Of a stretch of DNA of 64,000 bases, positions 1 to 12,431 are shown in pieces. Source of the stretch: Camelus ferus (taxonomy: Eukaryota). Under the pieces are notes generated by a model that was not told where the DNA came from, did no database searches, and was given only the letters and a program-made list of their open reading frames with translations. The DNA lies in contig NC_045697.1 in assembly GCF_009834535.1 (NCBI RefSeq), forward strand, positions 96,164,001 to 96,228,000, given 5' to 3'. Made by a program: the position numbers and the translations under genes. Every line of letters begins with the position of its first letter. Positions within the stretch are counted from its first letter, which is position 1.

Positions 1-2360
1 TATACATTTTCATACAAACAGACACAGACACACACAAAAACAAATGCAAGACTATGTGGGTTCTCTCAAGAAGACACCAGAATATGGTGGGAGGACAAGG
101 AGGCATCACATCATCTCAAGCTGATGAGGCATTCTCCAAGGTTACAAGTACAATGTCACATGTTGGAGTGGACTAATGAAACTCAACTTCCTATGATCCC
201 AAAGGTGATCTTCTTGTTTGTGTATTTTAATGTGGTTAAAAAACATTTGGTTCACAGCTGTTAAGAGTTAAACAAAGGAAAATAGGTTAAAAAGCAGTCT
301 CTCTTGAGAGAGAAAGAAAGGAGTGAAGAGCATCTTGGCAAAGTGTAATGAGGAAGCGGGAGCCCAGGGGAAAAACTAGCTTCCTCAAATGAGACAGCAA
401 GAAAATCTGCCAGAGACACACAGGGGAAATATGCCAAGATAACATATCTTCTCTGAGGGAAAGAGTCTGTGAGGAAAAACAAATTGAAATTGGGGAAATA
501 ACTGAAAATAAAATCTTAAGAAGTAAGGAGACAAAAGGTAATGAGCACAAGACAGAGGAGAGAAAAAAAAAAGTGGGACTTCACTCATATACAGATGGTT
601 TTGCCTTTACCGAATATGTGTGATGATAATTCTTTTAAAATAATATTGCTAACAAAAAGATTTTAACTATTCATATGCATGACTTTAGTATTCTCTTATT
701 ATATAATGAGTTATTGATGATGAGGACAACAAAATGTTTATTATTAATTACAAATCTGCATTAGACTTAGAATTCAGATAGTAGCAGCATGAAGTCCCAA
801 TAGTCACTAGTCTGTTACAGTGCACTTTTCGTGTGTGGACTATGGTCTTAGCATCATTAGATGAGTATTTTTGTTTGTTTAACAAAATCATCTCTTTACT
901 TTAAAGGCAAACTATAGAAACAAATGAACAATTAGAGAACAAAAGAAACTTATCTCCAAATTGTAACAGGATAAAATATAGTGAGAAAACTCATACTCAG
1001 CATTTAAAAAAAAAAATGTAAAGTTGTATATAGAGTTGCACTTCCAAAAACGATAAAACTAAATTCCTACAAAATGTTGGAACTTTTTCTTAAAACATCT
1101 TAGAACAATCAACTAAGACACCAGATACCACAATTGTTTCCCAAAAAGAATCATTACTCTTATACATTCTTTATAACTGAGTAGATAATTTCAATATAAT
1201 ACATTTCATTAATACAATGCAATCATAATTTTTCACTTCATTTTTATGAGAATTGGTGAAGTCATTTAAGCTCCATTAAAATGTTTAGGAGAATAGGTTT
1301 TTATAAAGACAATTTTACTATGATTTTCCTATAGAATCTAATGATTAAAGCAACACTTAAAACTGATAACCCAATAAACAGAAAGAAATGGAGAAGTAAT
1401 GTTACTGACATTTAAGTTATAAGCTAATAAATATATAATAAAATTTGACAATTATATAGTTTCTATTTTAAAAAAAAGTACATTGATTTTAAAATGTTAA
1501 ATAGTAACATTTTCATATTTATTAGGAAATGAGCAACTATTTTTCAGCTGAAACTCAAAAATGTTCTATAATTTTATGTTTAGGAAGAATCACAACAGTG
1601 GAAGAAATGTGAAGCATTCAAGTATAAACTGACTTTAATAATGCTCAGGCTATTGATTAAATAGATACAGAATTTCTGCTGAAACATATCAAAAGGTGAC
1701 CATCCTTTAAAATTATACTTCTTTTCCAATATATTATCTAAAATGACAAAGTGCTTTTGAAATACTAACATCCTTATGCATTATGATCTGGGTTAGGTCA
1801 AGCAATGTAACAGGCAACAAATGTATCTCTGCAATGCCATATTGAAAAATGTGTGAAAAGAAGTATGATAAAAGTTATTCAGCAACTTTTTGTTCCCCCA
1901 GTTTCTGGGTCATTTGTCTATTATCTGACAATATCAGAGGTAAGACAAATTTTCATCACTTCTTTTGTTTGTTTGAAAAAATATATTGTTGAAATGCTTT
2001 CTTGCTTAACAGTTTAATTTATATCAAAAGTAGTGGTAGAAATTCAAAAGCCCTTATCATTTTCTACAGCCTTTACATTTCTGCCACTGAGCTGAATGTA
2101 ATTAATGATACACCAGTATTTTCAGGTTAAAAGTTTTAGAAAACAGGTCAATGCTATAAGCTTTTTATTTTTGGACTAGCTTTCTTATTTCCATACATAC
2201 CTGCTGGGTTTTTTAACATAAAAAATTAAAAAAAAAAAAGGCTAACTTAGATTTAAAATAATGTGGATAAAATTAGTTAACATAGTACATTTTATCTTTA
2301 TTATCCAAGATATACATATTTTTCTCATACATATTGTAAAGAACAATTTGACTAGTTTAA

Positions 2361-2750
2361 GTTATGGCATGAACTGTATCCCCAAAATTCACATGGCGAA
2401 ATCCTAAACTCTAGTTACTTAGCATGTGACTGCATATGGAGATAGAACTTTTAGAAAGGAAATTAAGCTAAAATGAGACCCTTAGGGTAGGTCTAATTCA
2501 GTAAGACTTGTGTCCTTAAAAGAAGAGGAAATCAGGACATACAGAGACCCCAGGGTGCTGAAGCACAGAGAAAAGGGCATGTGAGGACACTGCAAGAGGG
2601 GGCTATCTACAAGCCAAGTAGTGGGGAATCTCAGGGGAAATCAAAGTTGCTGACACCTTGTTCTCAGTTTTTTAGCATCCAGAACTCTGAGAAAATTAAT
2701 TTCTACTTTTTAAGCTACCCAAACTGTGGCATTTTGTTACGGCAGCCCTG
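2361..2750 (+). mobile_element. MaLR solo LTR (MLT1 type)
   Basis: Typical MLT1 motifs: gttatgg...ccccaaaattcac start, ccagaactctgagaaaattaatttc, ttgttacggcagccc end. Confidence 0.8.
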
Positions 2751-3374
2751 TCTGCAAGCAATTTATTTTTTATTTATCCATTTTAATTTGCCTTCGTCAG
2801 CCATCAGAATAAAGTTTTTCCTACAATGAATCGTTTTAGGTAAACTTACTCATCACATTTGATTCGCTGAGATTTAGTTAGTTAATTACTTAGTTACTGA
2901 AACTCTAAGCTACAATATCACCTAAACTGTGAAAAATAATAGTCTTACATAGGTTTCAACATGAGAAAAGCAGATTGTATTTAATGGCTTCCAATGACTA
3001 GCCTCTTTAAGTAGTCCAGTTCTAAAGAATCACTGTCTATCCTAGTAGACTTTAGAGAATGATAGAAGAAAATGATAAAGATACTTAGTTTCCTATTAAA
3101 TTATTTTTAACTTTAGAGCTTTCAGTCTCTTTGTAGCAGTGATAGAATGGTATAGGCACAAATAATGAATGATACAATTGATACTGCATGCAATCACACT
3201 GTGTTTAATGGATACCCACTACTAGGTTCTACTGTAATTTTTATATAAATAATTTGCTGGGAAAATCTAGTTTATGATAAATCAGCAATGTTTGAGTGCA
3301 ATTCAACTATAGAAAATGAAATGAGAACAATGCATCACTTAGTGCTACAAAAAAGGTTTGATGTTAAAAGATTA

Positions 3375-3530
3375 TTCATCAAAGAGCCAAGAGATCTGGG
3401 TCAAAGATTACATTCTAATGGGCTATATGACCTTGGGGAATTCACTTAATTTTATTGGCTTTGTCTCTATACAAATGAGGTAATTAGCAATAATTATTCT
3501 GAAATCCATACAACTTTAAGATTCTATGAT
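3375..3530 (+). mobile_element. MIR fragment
   Basis: gatctgggtc...tgaccttggggaattcacttaa core and ttctatga tail. Confidence 0.55.
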
Positions 3531-4099
3531 CATCAGACATGGAATATTAAAGTTAGATGAATTATTTTTATATATAGATATAAAATTCCAAGTTTTTTTT
3601 AATTAGAATTTTAAAGCCGTATGTTTGTATTGTTTGTATTGTTCAAGTTTTAAATATATTCACTGATTTCTTAGGTCACAATTTGAAAAAGGAACTTGTG
3701 AATACTTTGACCATCACATCATTTTCTTCCAGTACTGGAAAAAACCATTTGGAAGAGCAGCAGCAGTAACTGATGCTATGCTCACTCCAGACTGGAGATC
3801 AAGTAGAGAATGATGTTAATAATTATTAACTTCCTAGGGATATGTACTTAAAGGATCATTTTCTATGACAACACTGTGTACCTGTCACAGGTTAAATGGC
3901 ATAACTTATTTTTAATGTGTTAGGCACCTACTATGTACCAGGATTTGTATTAGATGCTGCATATGCAGAAATAAAGTTTTTCTATATTCAAAATGGTGAG
4001 AATTTATCAATGTTTATATATTATAAATTTATAAATATATATGTGGCATTTATATACAGTGTTTATAAAATAGAGGATGTATACATATACATGTATATA

Positions 4100-6245
4100 T
4101 AGACCTTATTTTGTAGGGTAGTTTTAGATTCACCTCAAAATTGAAAGAGAAGTACAGAGAGTTCTCATATACTCCCTCTTCCCCAACTACACCCAGTCTT
4201 CCCTACTTTCAACATCCTGTACCACAGTGGTAAGTTTTCATGATTGCTGAGTCTACATTAGCACATCATTATCAACAAAGTCCATAGTTTGCATTGGGGT
4301 TCACTATTGGTGGTGCACATTCTATGAGTTTTGACAAGTGTATAATGACATGTATCCACTATTATCACACAGTAGATCTTCACTGCCCTAATAATCTTCT
4401 ATATTTCGCCTATTAATACTGCCTTTTGCCCTAAACATTTGCATCAACTGATATTTTTACTATCTTCGTAATTTCAGTTTTTTGAAAATGTCCTATCAGT
4501 GGAATTGTAACAGTATTTAACCTTTTTAATTGGCTTCTTTCACTTAGTAATATTAATATGCATTTAAGTTTCCTCCATTTCTTTTCATGGCTCGACAGCT
4601 CATTTATTTTAGTACTAAATAATATTCCATCATCTGAGTGTGCCACAAGGTATTAATCCATTCACCTACTAAAGGGTATGCTGGTTGTTTCCAAGTTTGG
4701 CAATTATGAATAAGACTTATAAACATGTGAAGATTTTTCTATGGACATAAATTTTCAAGTCATGTAATTACCAAGGATTGTGACTGCTAAATCATACAAT
4801 AAAAATATGTTTAGTTTTGTAAGAAACTGCCAAATTGTATTCCAAAGTAGCTGTACTATTTTGTACTTCTACCAGAAATCTTTGAGGATTTCTATTGTTC
4901 CATCTCCTCTCCAGCATTTTGTGTTGCCAATGTTTCATATTTTGGCTATCCTAATAGCTATGTAGTGGCATGTCACTGTGGTTCTAATTTGCATTTCTCT
5001 GATGATGTGGAGAGTCTTACCATATGCTTATTTGCCATTTGTATATCTTCTTTGTTGGGTGTCTGTTCAGGTTTTGGGGCCATTTTAAATTGGGTTGTTT
5101 GTTTTCGTACTGTTGACTTTTAGGTGTTTTTTAAATATATATTTTTGATAATAGCCCTTTATCAGATGTGCCTTTTGCAGATATTTGCTCCCACTATGTG
5201 GATTGCTTTCTCTTCTTGCTGACAGTACTTTAACAAAGCAGACATTTATAACTTTAATGAAGTCCAGCTTATCAATTATTTCTTTCATTTCTTTCATAGA
5301 TTGTGTCTTTGATGTTATATATAAAAAGATATTACCATACCCAAGGTCATTTAAGTTTTTTCCCATTTTATCTTTTTTAAGTTTTAAAGTTTTGTGTTTG
5401 CATTAAGGTCTTTTTAAGGGTGGTTTTTCAACTGTTCCAGAACCATTTGATAAAGAGACAACCTTTGATCCATTGTATTGTCTTCACTTCTTTGTCAAAG
5501 ATCAGTTCAATATATTTACAAAGGTCTATTTCTGGTCTTTTTATTTTGTTTCATTGATCTATCAATTCTTTGCCAAAACCACACTGTTTTGATTACAGTA
5601 ACTTCATATTAAGTCTTGAAGTCAGGTAGTATCAGTGATCCAACTTTGCTCTCCTCTTTCGATATTGTATTGGGTATCTTGGGCTTTTTGCTGCTCTACA
5701 TAACATTTAGAATCAGTTTCTTAGTATCCAGTAATAATTTCCAGGGATTTTGACTGAGATTACATTGAATCTATATGTCAAATTGGGCAGAACTGATATC
5801 TTGACATACTGAGTCTTCTGATCCATAAACATGGAATACCTCTCTGTTTATTTAGTTCTTTGATTCATTTAATGAGATATTTGTACTTTTCCTTATATAC
5901 AAACATATTTTGTTATATTTGTATTCATTTTTGTGATGCTAATGTAAATCATAATTTGCTTTTAATTTCAAATTCTACATGTTCATTGCTAGTATATAGA
6001 GAAACAATTAACTTTTATATATTAACCTTTTATCATGCAACCTGGCTATAAAAATGTCTCAGTTTCAGAATTTTTTTTTTGTCATTTCTTTCTGATTTTC
6101 TAATCACATCATCTGTGAACAAAGAGAGTTTTATTTATTTTTTTCCAATCTGTATACTTTTTTCTTTCTTCTCTTATTTTATTTACTAGGTCTTCTACTA
6201 CTTTGTTGAAAAGGAGTGGTCGGAAGAAACAATTTGGCCTTCTTA
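4100..6245 (-). mobile_element. Old L1 (L1M type), 3' UTR and ORF2 C-terminus
   Basis: Degenerate minus-strand ORF2 peptides (IDKLDFIK, KTNNPI) and an L1M-type 3' end. Confidence 0.85.
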
Positions 6246-9200
6246 CTAATTTTTGTATTTTTTTAATTTGAAGAATGACATAAATACACGCCTGAACAAA
6301 GTCCTACATCCATACAAAATCCAAATTTTACATAGATAACATTAATTTTACATAGATAAACACTTTATATATATGAATTTGCTAATTTCAGTGAGCAAAT
6401 GCAATGACTAATGACACTGATGTTTATATAGTTCATATAGTTTTCTGGTTTATAAGAAGAAATAGCATATTACTCTTTGTAATTTAATGATGAAATTCAT
6501 TGCTATCTAGAGGAAGAGTTTTATCAAGAGCTTATAATCAAAATATTTCAAAATACTGTGAGGGTGACTCTGATTTTTCAGGTTTTTAAAGGAATTTTTT
6601 TTGCCTCCAAAACTGATTTGCAAGCTGAAAGTTTTTAACACCTGAATAAATGTAATTGAAAATTACAACCACTGTGTTAAAATACAGGAAAATGTTCTGA
6701 CACATTTTATGAATTTAGAGCAACAATCAACTTTGAGTATGTTATAAAATGCCCCAAGTTGTTTGAATAGCATTTAAAGATAAGTCATTAGAACTAGTAG
6801 AGCAGTACCTATGTAAACTTTAAAAAAAAAGCTTCATTATAATTCATTATAATGAATTATAATTATAATTCATTATAATTATCCCATTTTGGTGGAAATT
6901 TCTTGTATTCATATTTAATTTGTATTATTATAGTTAACTTCATCATTATATTGTTCAATTAAAAAAGGGTTGATAAACTACAGAAAAATTCCACCCTTAT
7001 AATAAATTTTTATAAGTTAAGATGGCAAAATGCTAGTTAATAAAGATAAAAACGGTTTCTGTCAATTAGAAAAAAACTACGAAATATTCTTCTGCCTTTT
7101 GCTACCACCTGTCTCTACTGAGAGTTTCTTATCAATTTAGACTCCCTCAGAATGTAAACAATCTTTTAAAAAGTTGAATTAGCAGCTCAATGCAACCACT
7201 ACATTTAATATTAAAAATTATATTTATAGAAGCAAGCTTAACTTTATCATTATAAGATTTGAAAATATTTTATTTTGAGGTATTTTACAAACTAAATATT
7301 TAAAATATTGTTTTAAATATTTAATATTATTAAAATATGTATTTAATTAATCTGAATAGAATTATGAGACAGTAAAAGAAATTTTCACCTTGCCCTATAT
7401 TGATGTCCAGGTTTCTTTACAGTTTAGTTAAGGCTGCTACAAAATTATTTTTTTATCTGTGTGCATTTCATAAAAATGAGAAACATTGGAAAAATGAAGA
7501 ACACTGAAACTGTGTGCTTACCATTAATATAACACTAATAATAATTTTCATTATCATCATCATTATTACTGAACCTTATTTTCAGCACTGTAAGTTAACA
7601 AACATGCATAATCACAAGGAAGATTAAAATTAACAATAGTACTACTACTGAAAATATATTTTGCATGTAATCCTGCAGATTTTGAATAAATGCTGAGGAA
7701 CATTTTCCTGTACATATTATTTTGTAACTTTTATACATAATGTATCATGCTTATATTTTATGCCAACAAATGTACTTAAAATAAAGGTAAGATTAACCAA
7801 AATATACATTGTATCATATACATGGGCTAAAATGCGTATGCAATCATTTTCTATTGTATATTATATGTTTCCAAATATTACTTCTGTAAATGATACTATG
7901 AAATATCTTAGACCTGAACTTTTATACATATTATGTGTTTTGGGGATTAAAGAGTGTGCCAGTTTTTATGATTTGACAAAGAATTTGGAATTGCACTGTG
8001 AGCTTTGTAATGTTTTAATTTACTAGAATAATCAGGTTTAACATATAGCTTCATGTTCACTGATGCACAATAAATAATTGGCATTTATAAGTTCTATTAT
8101 ATCTGAAAAGTCTTAAAGCATATGTAAGTTGTTATCCTAAATTTAGTATTTCTAAGCATTTTTCATGTAACAATTCTCTATAAATAAAAAATACATTCTT
8201 CTCCCCCAAAATTTTTTTTGTATAAGAAACTGAAAATTGATATTGTATCTATAATTAATATTATTTCCAAGATTATGAAGTTACAATATATTTTAAAACA
8301 TTCATCTCAGGTTTAGGTCTGTAATCAGTTTAGAAAGCCAGATGCTCTTTCTGTTCAGTAAGAATATAACTGACAGTTAACTTGGAATCTTGCACTCTGC
8401 TAGATTGTTTTTCAAAATCTACAGTGATAATGAGGACAAGAGTAACAATGCCAATTACCTGCCATCTGCAATATCACTAACAGAGAAAATGTAGGAAGAA
8501 TTCAAAAACTTGAAGAAAAAAAAGATAGGAACTTACTGGAGGAAATTTGCTAAGTGGCCTTCACTTAAAAAAGATCAATGAGAACTGTAAGAATGCATGA
8601 AGAAAAGCTTCTTGAACCATATCTTTAGGTCAGAATTAACATTATTTCTCTCTGTGCTGACACAGATAATTGGAAAAAATATTTCAACCAGCAGACCCCT
8701 GAAGTCGTGTCATTTTCATTTTCTTTAGAAGACACTTATAAGACAGGTGCATCCACTGAAAACATCTACACATGCTAGAAGGGAGAAATAATTTACCAAA
8801 ATGATAACTATCTGTCATAATGACAGAACTTTATTATCAGGAAGGCATCAGGTGAACTTCTAAGAATTCTTTTAATTCTTATCCCAAAGGAGAAGGAAAT
8901 AATTTTATAAGGACACCTTCAAAAGAAACTACAACAATTATCTAGACTCTTCTTTCCCATCTTTATGACATGTGTAATTATTCATTTCCACATACTTGTA
9001 TACTGTAATTACCTCAAAAATATTATTTTACACTTTTTGCAAGTGAAGAAAAAAATAATACAGATATGTTTTATCAGGAAAATCACTCAAATCACTAGGT
9101 GTCTGTTATTAACTTTGAAGATTAGTTACCAAGTATCAGTAAGAGAAACAAAAATAAAACCAAACTCCTTAAAAGTAACAAAGCTGCTTCACCAGTAATA

Positions 9201-10057
9201 CAAGGCACATGTATTTCATGCACAGTGTCACTCCTTGGAGGGACTAATAGACAAATCAATCTGCACAAGTCCCAGGTAGACCACCCATCCTAAAGCCCTT
9301 TGAATGTCCATGAACTCAAAGTGTTCAAAGTAAATAAGAGAATACATATTAGTGGCAGAAGAAAAAAAAAAGTTGAACTCATTAACAAATACTTAGAGAA
9401 AATAGAACAACGGTCGATATTTACAACTGATATTCTCTACTTCACTGAAAATATACTCATCACAAAGCTTTGGTAGCCTTAACATACTGATGAAGCCCCA
9501 TTCTCACTATTTTATATCATTGCCACGATAAAGGAAAAAACATACAAAATCAATTTATTCACAGAAAATAGTTTGTTTTATAATGTAGAAAGGATATTTT
9601 AAAGAGAGAAATTACTGTTTAAAAAAACATAATTCCTCTCAATATTTTCAAACTTAAAAGAAACAAAGAATGACTTGAATGTTAAAACTCAGTAGGTGAC
9701 CAAAATAAATGCCAATTTAAAAATACGAACTGATCATTATAAAATGATGAAGTAAAGAAACTATCAAAAGAGGTTTCATACATAGACTGTTAAAGTTAGC
9801 GATGAGAGACACCTCATCTTGCACACCAAACATTTAAAAAATATATATCACAGAATGAGATATTAAAAGCATTAAGATGACTCCTAAGTAACTCCATTCC
9901 ATACTTCATGGCATTTTTATTTACATGCCAAGATTTGTGGTTGTTTCACTTGTCCATATTTTCATATCTTTCCACGTGCAACTTAGCCTGCCCAAACTTC
10001 AGCTTAAGTCTCACAGACTCCACAAAACTGAAACTATTTCAATTCTCACTACCTCAC

Positions 10058-10163
10058 TATTGTTTGCCAATCTTCGTAATATGTATAATGTGCAATCCAC
10101 CTGCGATCTTTTGATTTAGTGCTATATTTTCCTTCTGCATCATGCATCATGTGTATTTGTATC
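10058..10163 (-). pseudogene. Exon, phase 2->0, open (IQIHMMHDAEGKYSTKSKDRRWIAHYTYYEDWQTI)
   Basis: Acceptor ccattttag, donor ATA|gtgagg (alternatives at 10053 and 10050). Its only open frame matches the phase of the 12.4-kb exon. Confidence 0.5.
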
Positions 10164-11076
10164 CTAAAATGGCTATTTTTACTGAATGTTACTTTAAGGA
10201 AGTTTAAAGTATATGTAGAAATCGTACTAGGTTGGGTTCTGCAGAAACAAATACCAAATCAGTATTTGGGGTGCAAGTTATTTATTAGGACTCAAAACTA
10301 TCCCAAAACTGAGCAGCATGTCCTTTCTTAAAAAAAAGGGCTTTGTCTACATGTATAACACAGAAATGTATACAAATCATAAGTATACATCTGGATGAAT
10401 TGCCTCAAAATAAACACACCATTTCTGTATTTTATGTAACTTTTGTAGCTGGTTTTGGATTAGTCAATTGCAAGGGGTTTCAATGCAGTGACCCCAGTTA
10501 TACATATATGTTGGACACAAGATAGATGGACATAGATTCCACATTTCCTAAGAAAACCTCCAATTTGTGTAGGTTGCCAGCTTTAGGATTATGTAAATAA
10601 AGTGTTGAGGAATAAAAGGTGTTTTCACTCAGCTGGAAAACTTAATTAAATCAGCCCAGGCAAAACAAATTGGGTTATATATATTCTACTCTATGTGTTC
10701 ATCTTGTATCTACCAATTAAATCTAAGTACCAGGGCCGAAAAAAACAAAAAAAACAAAAAACAACTCAAATCAGATGCTGAGAGCAATTAATTCATTGGT
10801 ACTACTTAAAATGCCTAAATAGTGGAACAAGATCTCTAGATAGTCCTTAAGGAAGCCAACTAATGTTTTATTATATTTGCTAGGCAAGTTAGCAATGAGA
10901 GATGTAATACTCTAAATAATATTGACTAAGATTAAATCATTAAAATGATTAAAGATTCAGGACAAACATGGTGCCCAGTTTTAAATTAATTTTCCTTTAG
11001 TAACAAAATATACATATATGATATTAGAAGACTTTTTTACTTTCATAAATTAGTAATGTGTAGAAAAGTGTATTAA

Positions 11077-11492
11077 CGTTGGGGGCAGTCACGGAGAGGG
11101 TATGACCACTGGTTGACCATCGAGCTGGACCTGGGCGATTTGGGGCGCCCCTGCCCTGTCCTTGGAACATGGACTCCACGTGCCTTCCCCTGTCCATAAG
11201 CTGCCCAAGGACACAGTCTTGAGATAAAGGCTAAGGGTGTTGAGACCATCTGAATGAAGCACGTGACTGAACCCAGTGAAGGCCTCAGTATACACTTTTC
11301 AGATTCTGGTGGGTGGGCGCAGAGATCTCTCTCGTCTTGTGGCCTCTCAAGACAAGCCTCCTGCGTAAGCTCCCTTGTTTATGAAACCTGCAACCTGCCA
11401 GTCAGGAGTGGTCTGCCCCTTTCTTCGGCCTCCCCGGGGCCTCCATGTATGTGGCTGGCTTTACCGGGGACGCTCCCAAGGTTGCAACCCCA
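11077..11492 (+). mobile_element. ERV solo LTR next to the CpG promoter
   Basis: Abrupt GC-richer block beginning (c)gttggggg, U3/R/U5-like content, degenerate polyA signal near 11380. Boundaries approximate; no TSD found. Confidence 0.55.
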
Positions 11493-11599
11493 CCACTGTC
11501 ACCGGCAAAGTCTAAAGAATTCTCACGAAACAAAAATAAAATCTGAGTAGTAAAATAAAGTCTAACCTTTCCTTTCCTTTGTGCTTGTCTAGTTTCACT

Positions 11600-11945
11600 T
11601 GCTCATACGTTGGGGCGTACAGAGGTCTTGCACCTGTCGCTTCAGTACAGTTCCTAGGGTGAGATGGCTGCCCGCTACACCTCACCTCAGCGGAGGCGCT
11701 GGAGTCCGAGCACCAGAGCTGCGCAGTCTCGCGAGAACCCTGCCCCTCCTGACGGGAACCGCGTCAGGCAGCCCCGCCCACGACCCGTGAGGCCGAGTGT
11801 GCGCTCGCTGGTAGAGGAGCGCTGACCTTTCTCTGTGGGAATCCTGAAGTAACTTAGTTGAGGAAATTTTCCTTAGAGAGCGAGCACCTGTGCTTGTGTT
11901 TGCATTTTTTTTTTCCCCTTGGAAGACCACCATCTCGGAGCGTCT
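11600..11945. promoter_or_regulatory. Small CpG-rich promoter, probably bidirectional
   Basis: Only CpG-dense tract in the window. TCTCGCGAGA 11727-11736, CTGCGCAG 11719-11726, inverted CRE half-sites 11748-11768, GC box 11772-11779; minus-strand donor GAG|gtgagg at 11686. Confidence 0.75.
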
Positions 11946-11997
11946 CATATGTTAATTTGTTCATGGATTCCTGGATGACAGATAATATTTCTTTCAG

Positions 11998-12101
11998 AAT
12001 CCTACGTTGAGTGTAAGACTCGTTATACATTTTTAGAGAAGTTTTTCCTGTCTGATGATGAAGTTGAAGCAGAAAAGTTTTCTCCTTATCACTCTTACTA
12101 G
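11998..12101 (+). other. Plus-strand internal exon candidate (lncRNA or 5' exon) just downstream of the promoter
   Basis: Acceptor atttctttcag, consensus donor TAG|gtaagt; 104 nt. Confidence 0.5.
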
Positions 12102-12342
12102 GTAAGTAGATTTTTTTCCCCCTAACTCAGGCTTCCCCCTAAGATGTATAATTTTTGGAGCCCTGGCTTCATTCAGGGGGTAAGGTCTTACCTGTTGTTT
12201 CCCTCTGGCTGTGCAAACCCCAAATTAAATCCTCCTCAGCACTCTGAATTCCATTTCCTTTTTATAACTGGCTCGTGTTTTTTCCCTCAATATTTTGTTT
12301 TAGCGCCAACATATATTTAATATGATATATGTTGCATCTTAC

Positions 12343-12431
12343 CTAGAATTATAGATGTTTTGTAGCAGGACACTTTTCACTTTTTTTTCTTTCCTTGCTG
12401 TAATGCATTCCTTGTTAAATGCAGTCTTCCT
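12343..12431 (-). pseudogene. Exon, phase 0->2, open (RKTAFNKECITARKEKKVKSVLLQNIYNS)
   Basis: Long pyrimidine tract + aatag acceptor, donor TAG|gtaaga; phase 0 is the only open frame. Confidence 0.55.

Larger units (their letters stand above)
1669..12431 (-). pseudogene. Second minus-strand exon chain with Ig-like motifs (separate decayed gene, or continuation of the first)
   Basis: Segments 12431-12343, 10163-10058, 8755-8537, 7587-7522, 7436-7389 and 1737-1669 with AG/GT ends. The first two are open and in phase; the last three are all phase 1->1. Confidence 0.45.

Noticed and set aside
1584..3813. Plus-strand exon-like pieces at ~1584, 1902-1939 and ~3676
   Set aside because: No coherent phase chain or recognisable product.
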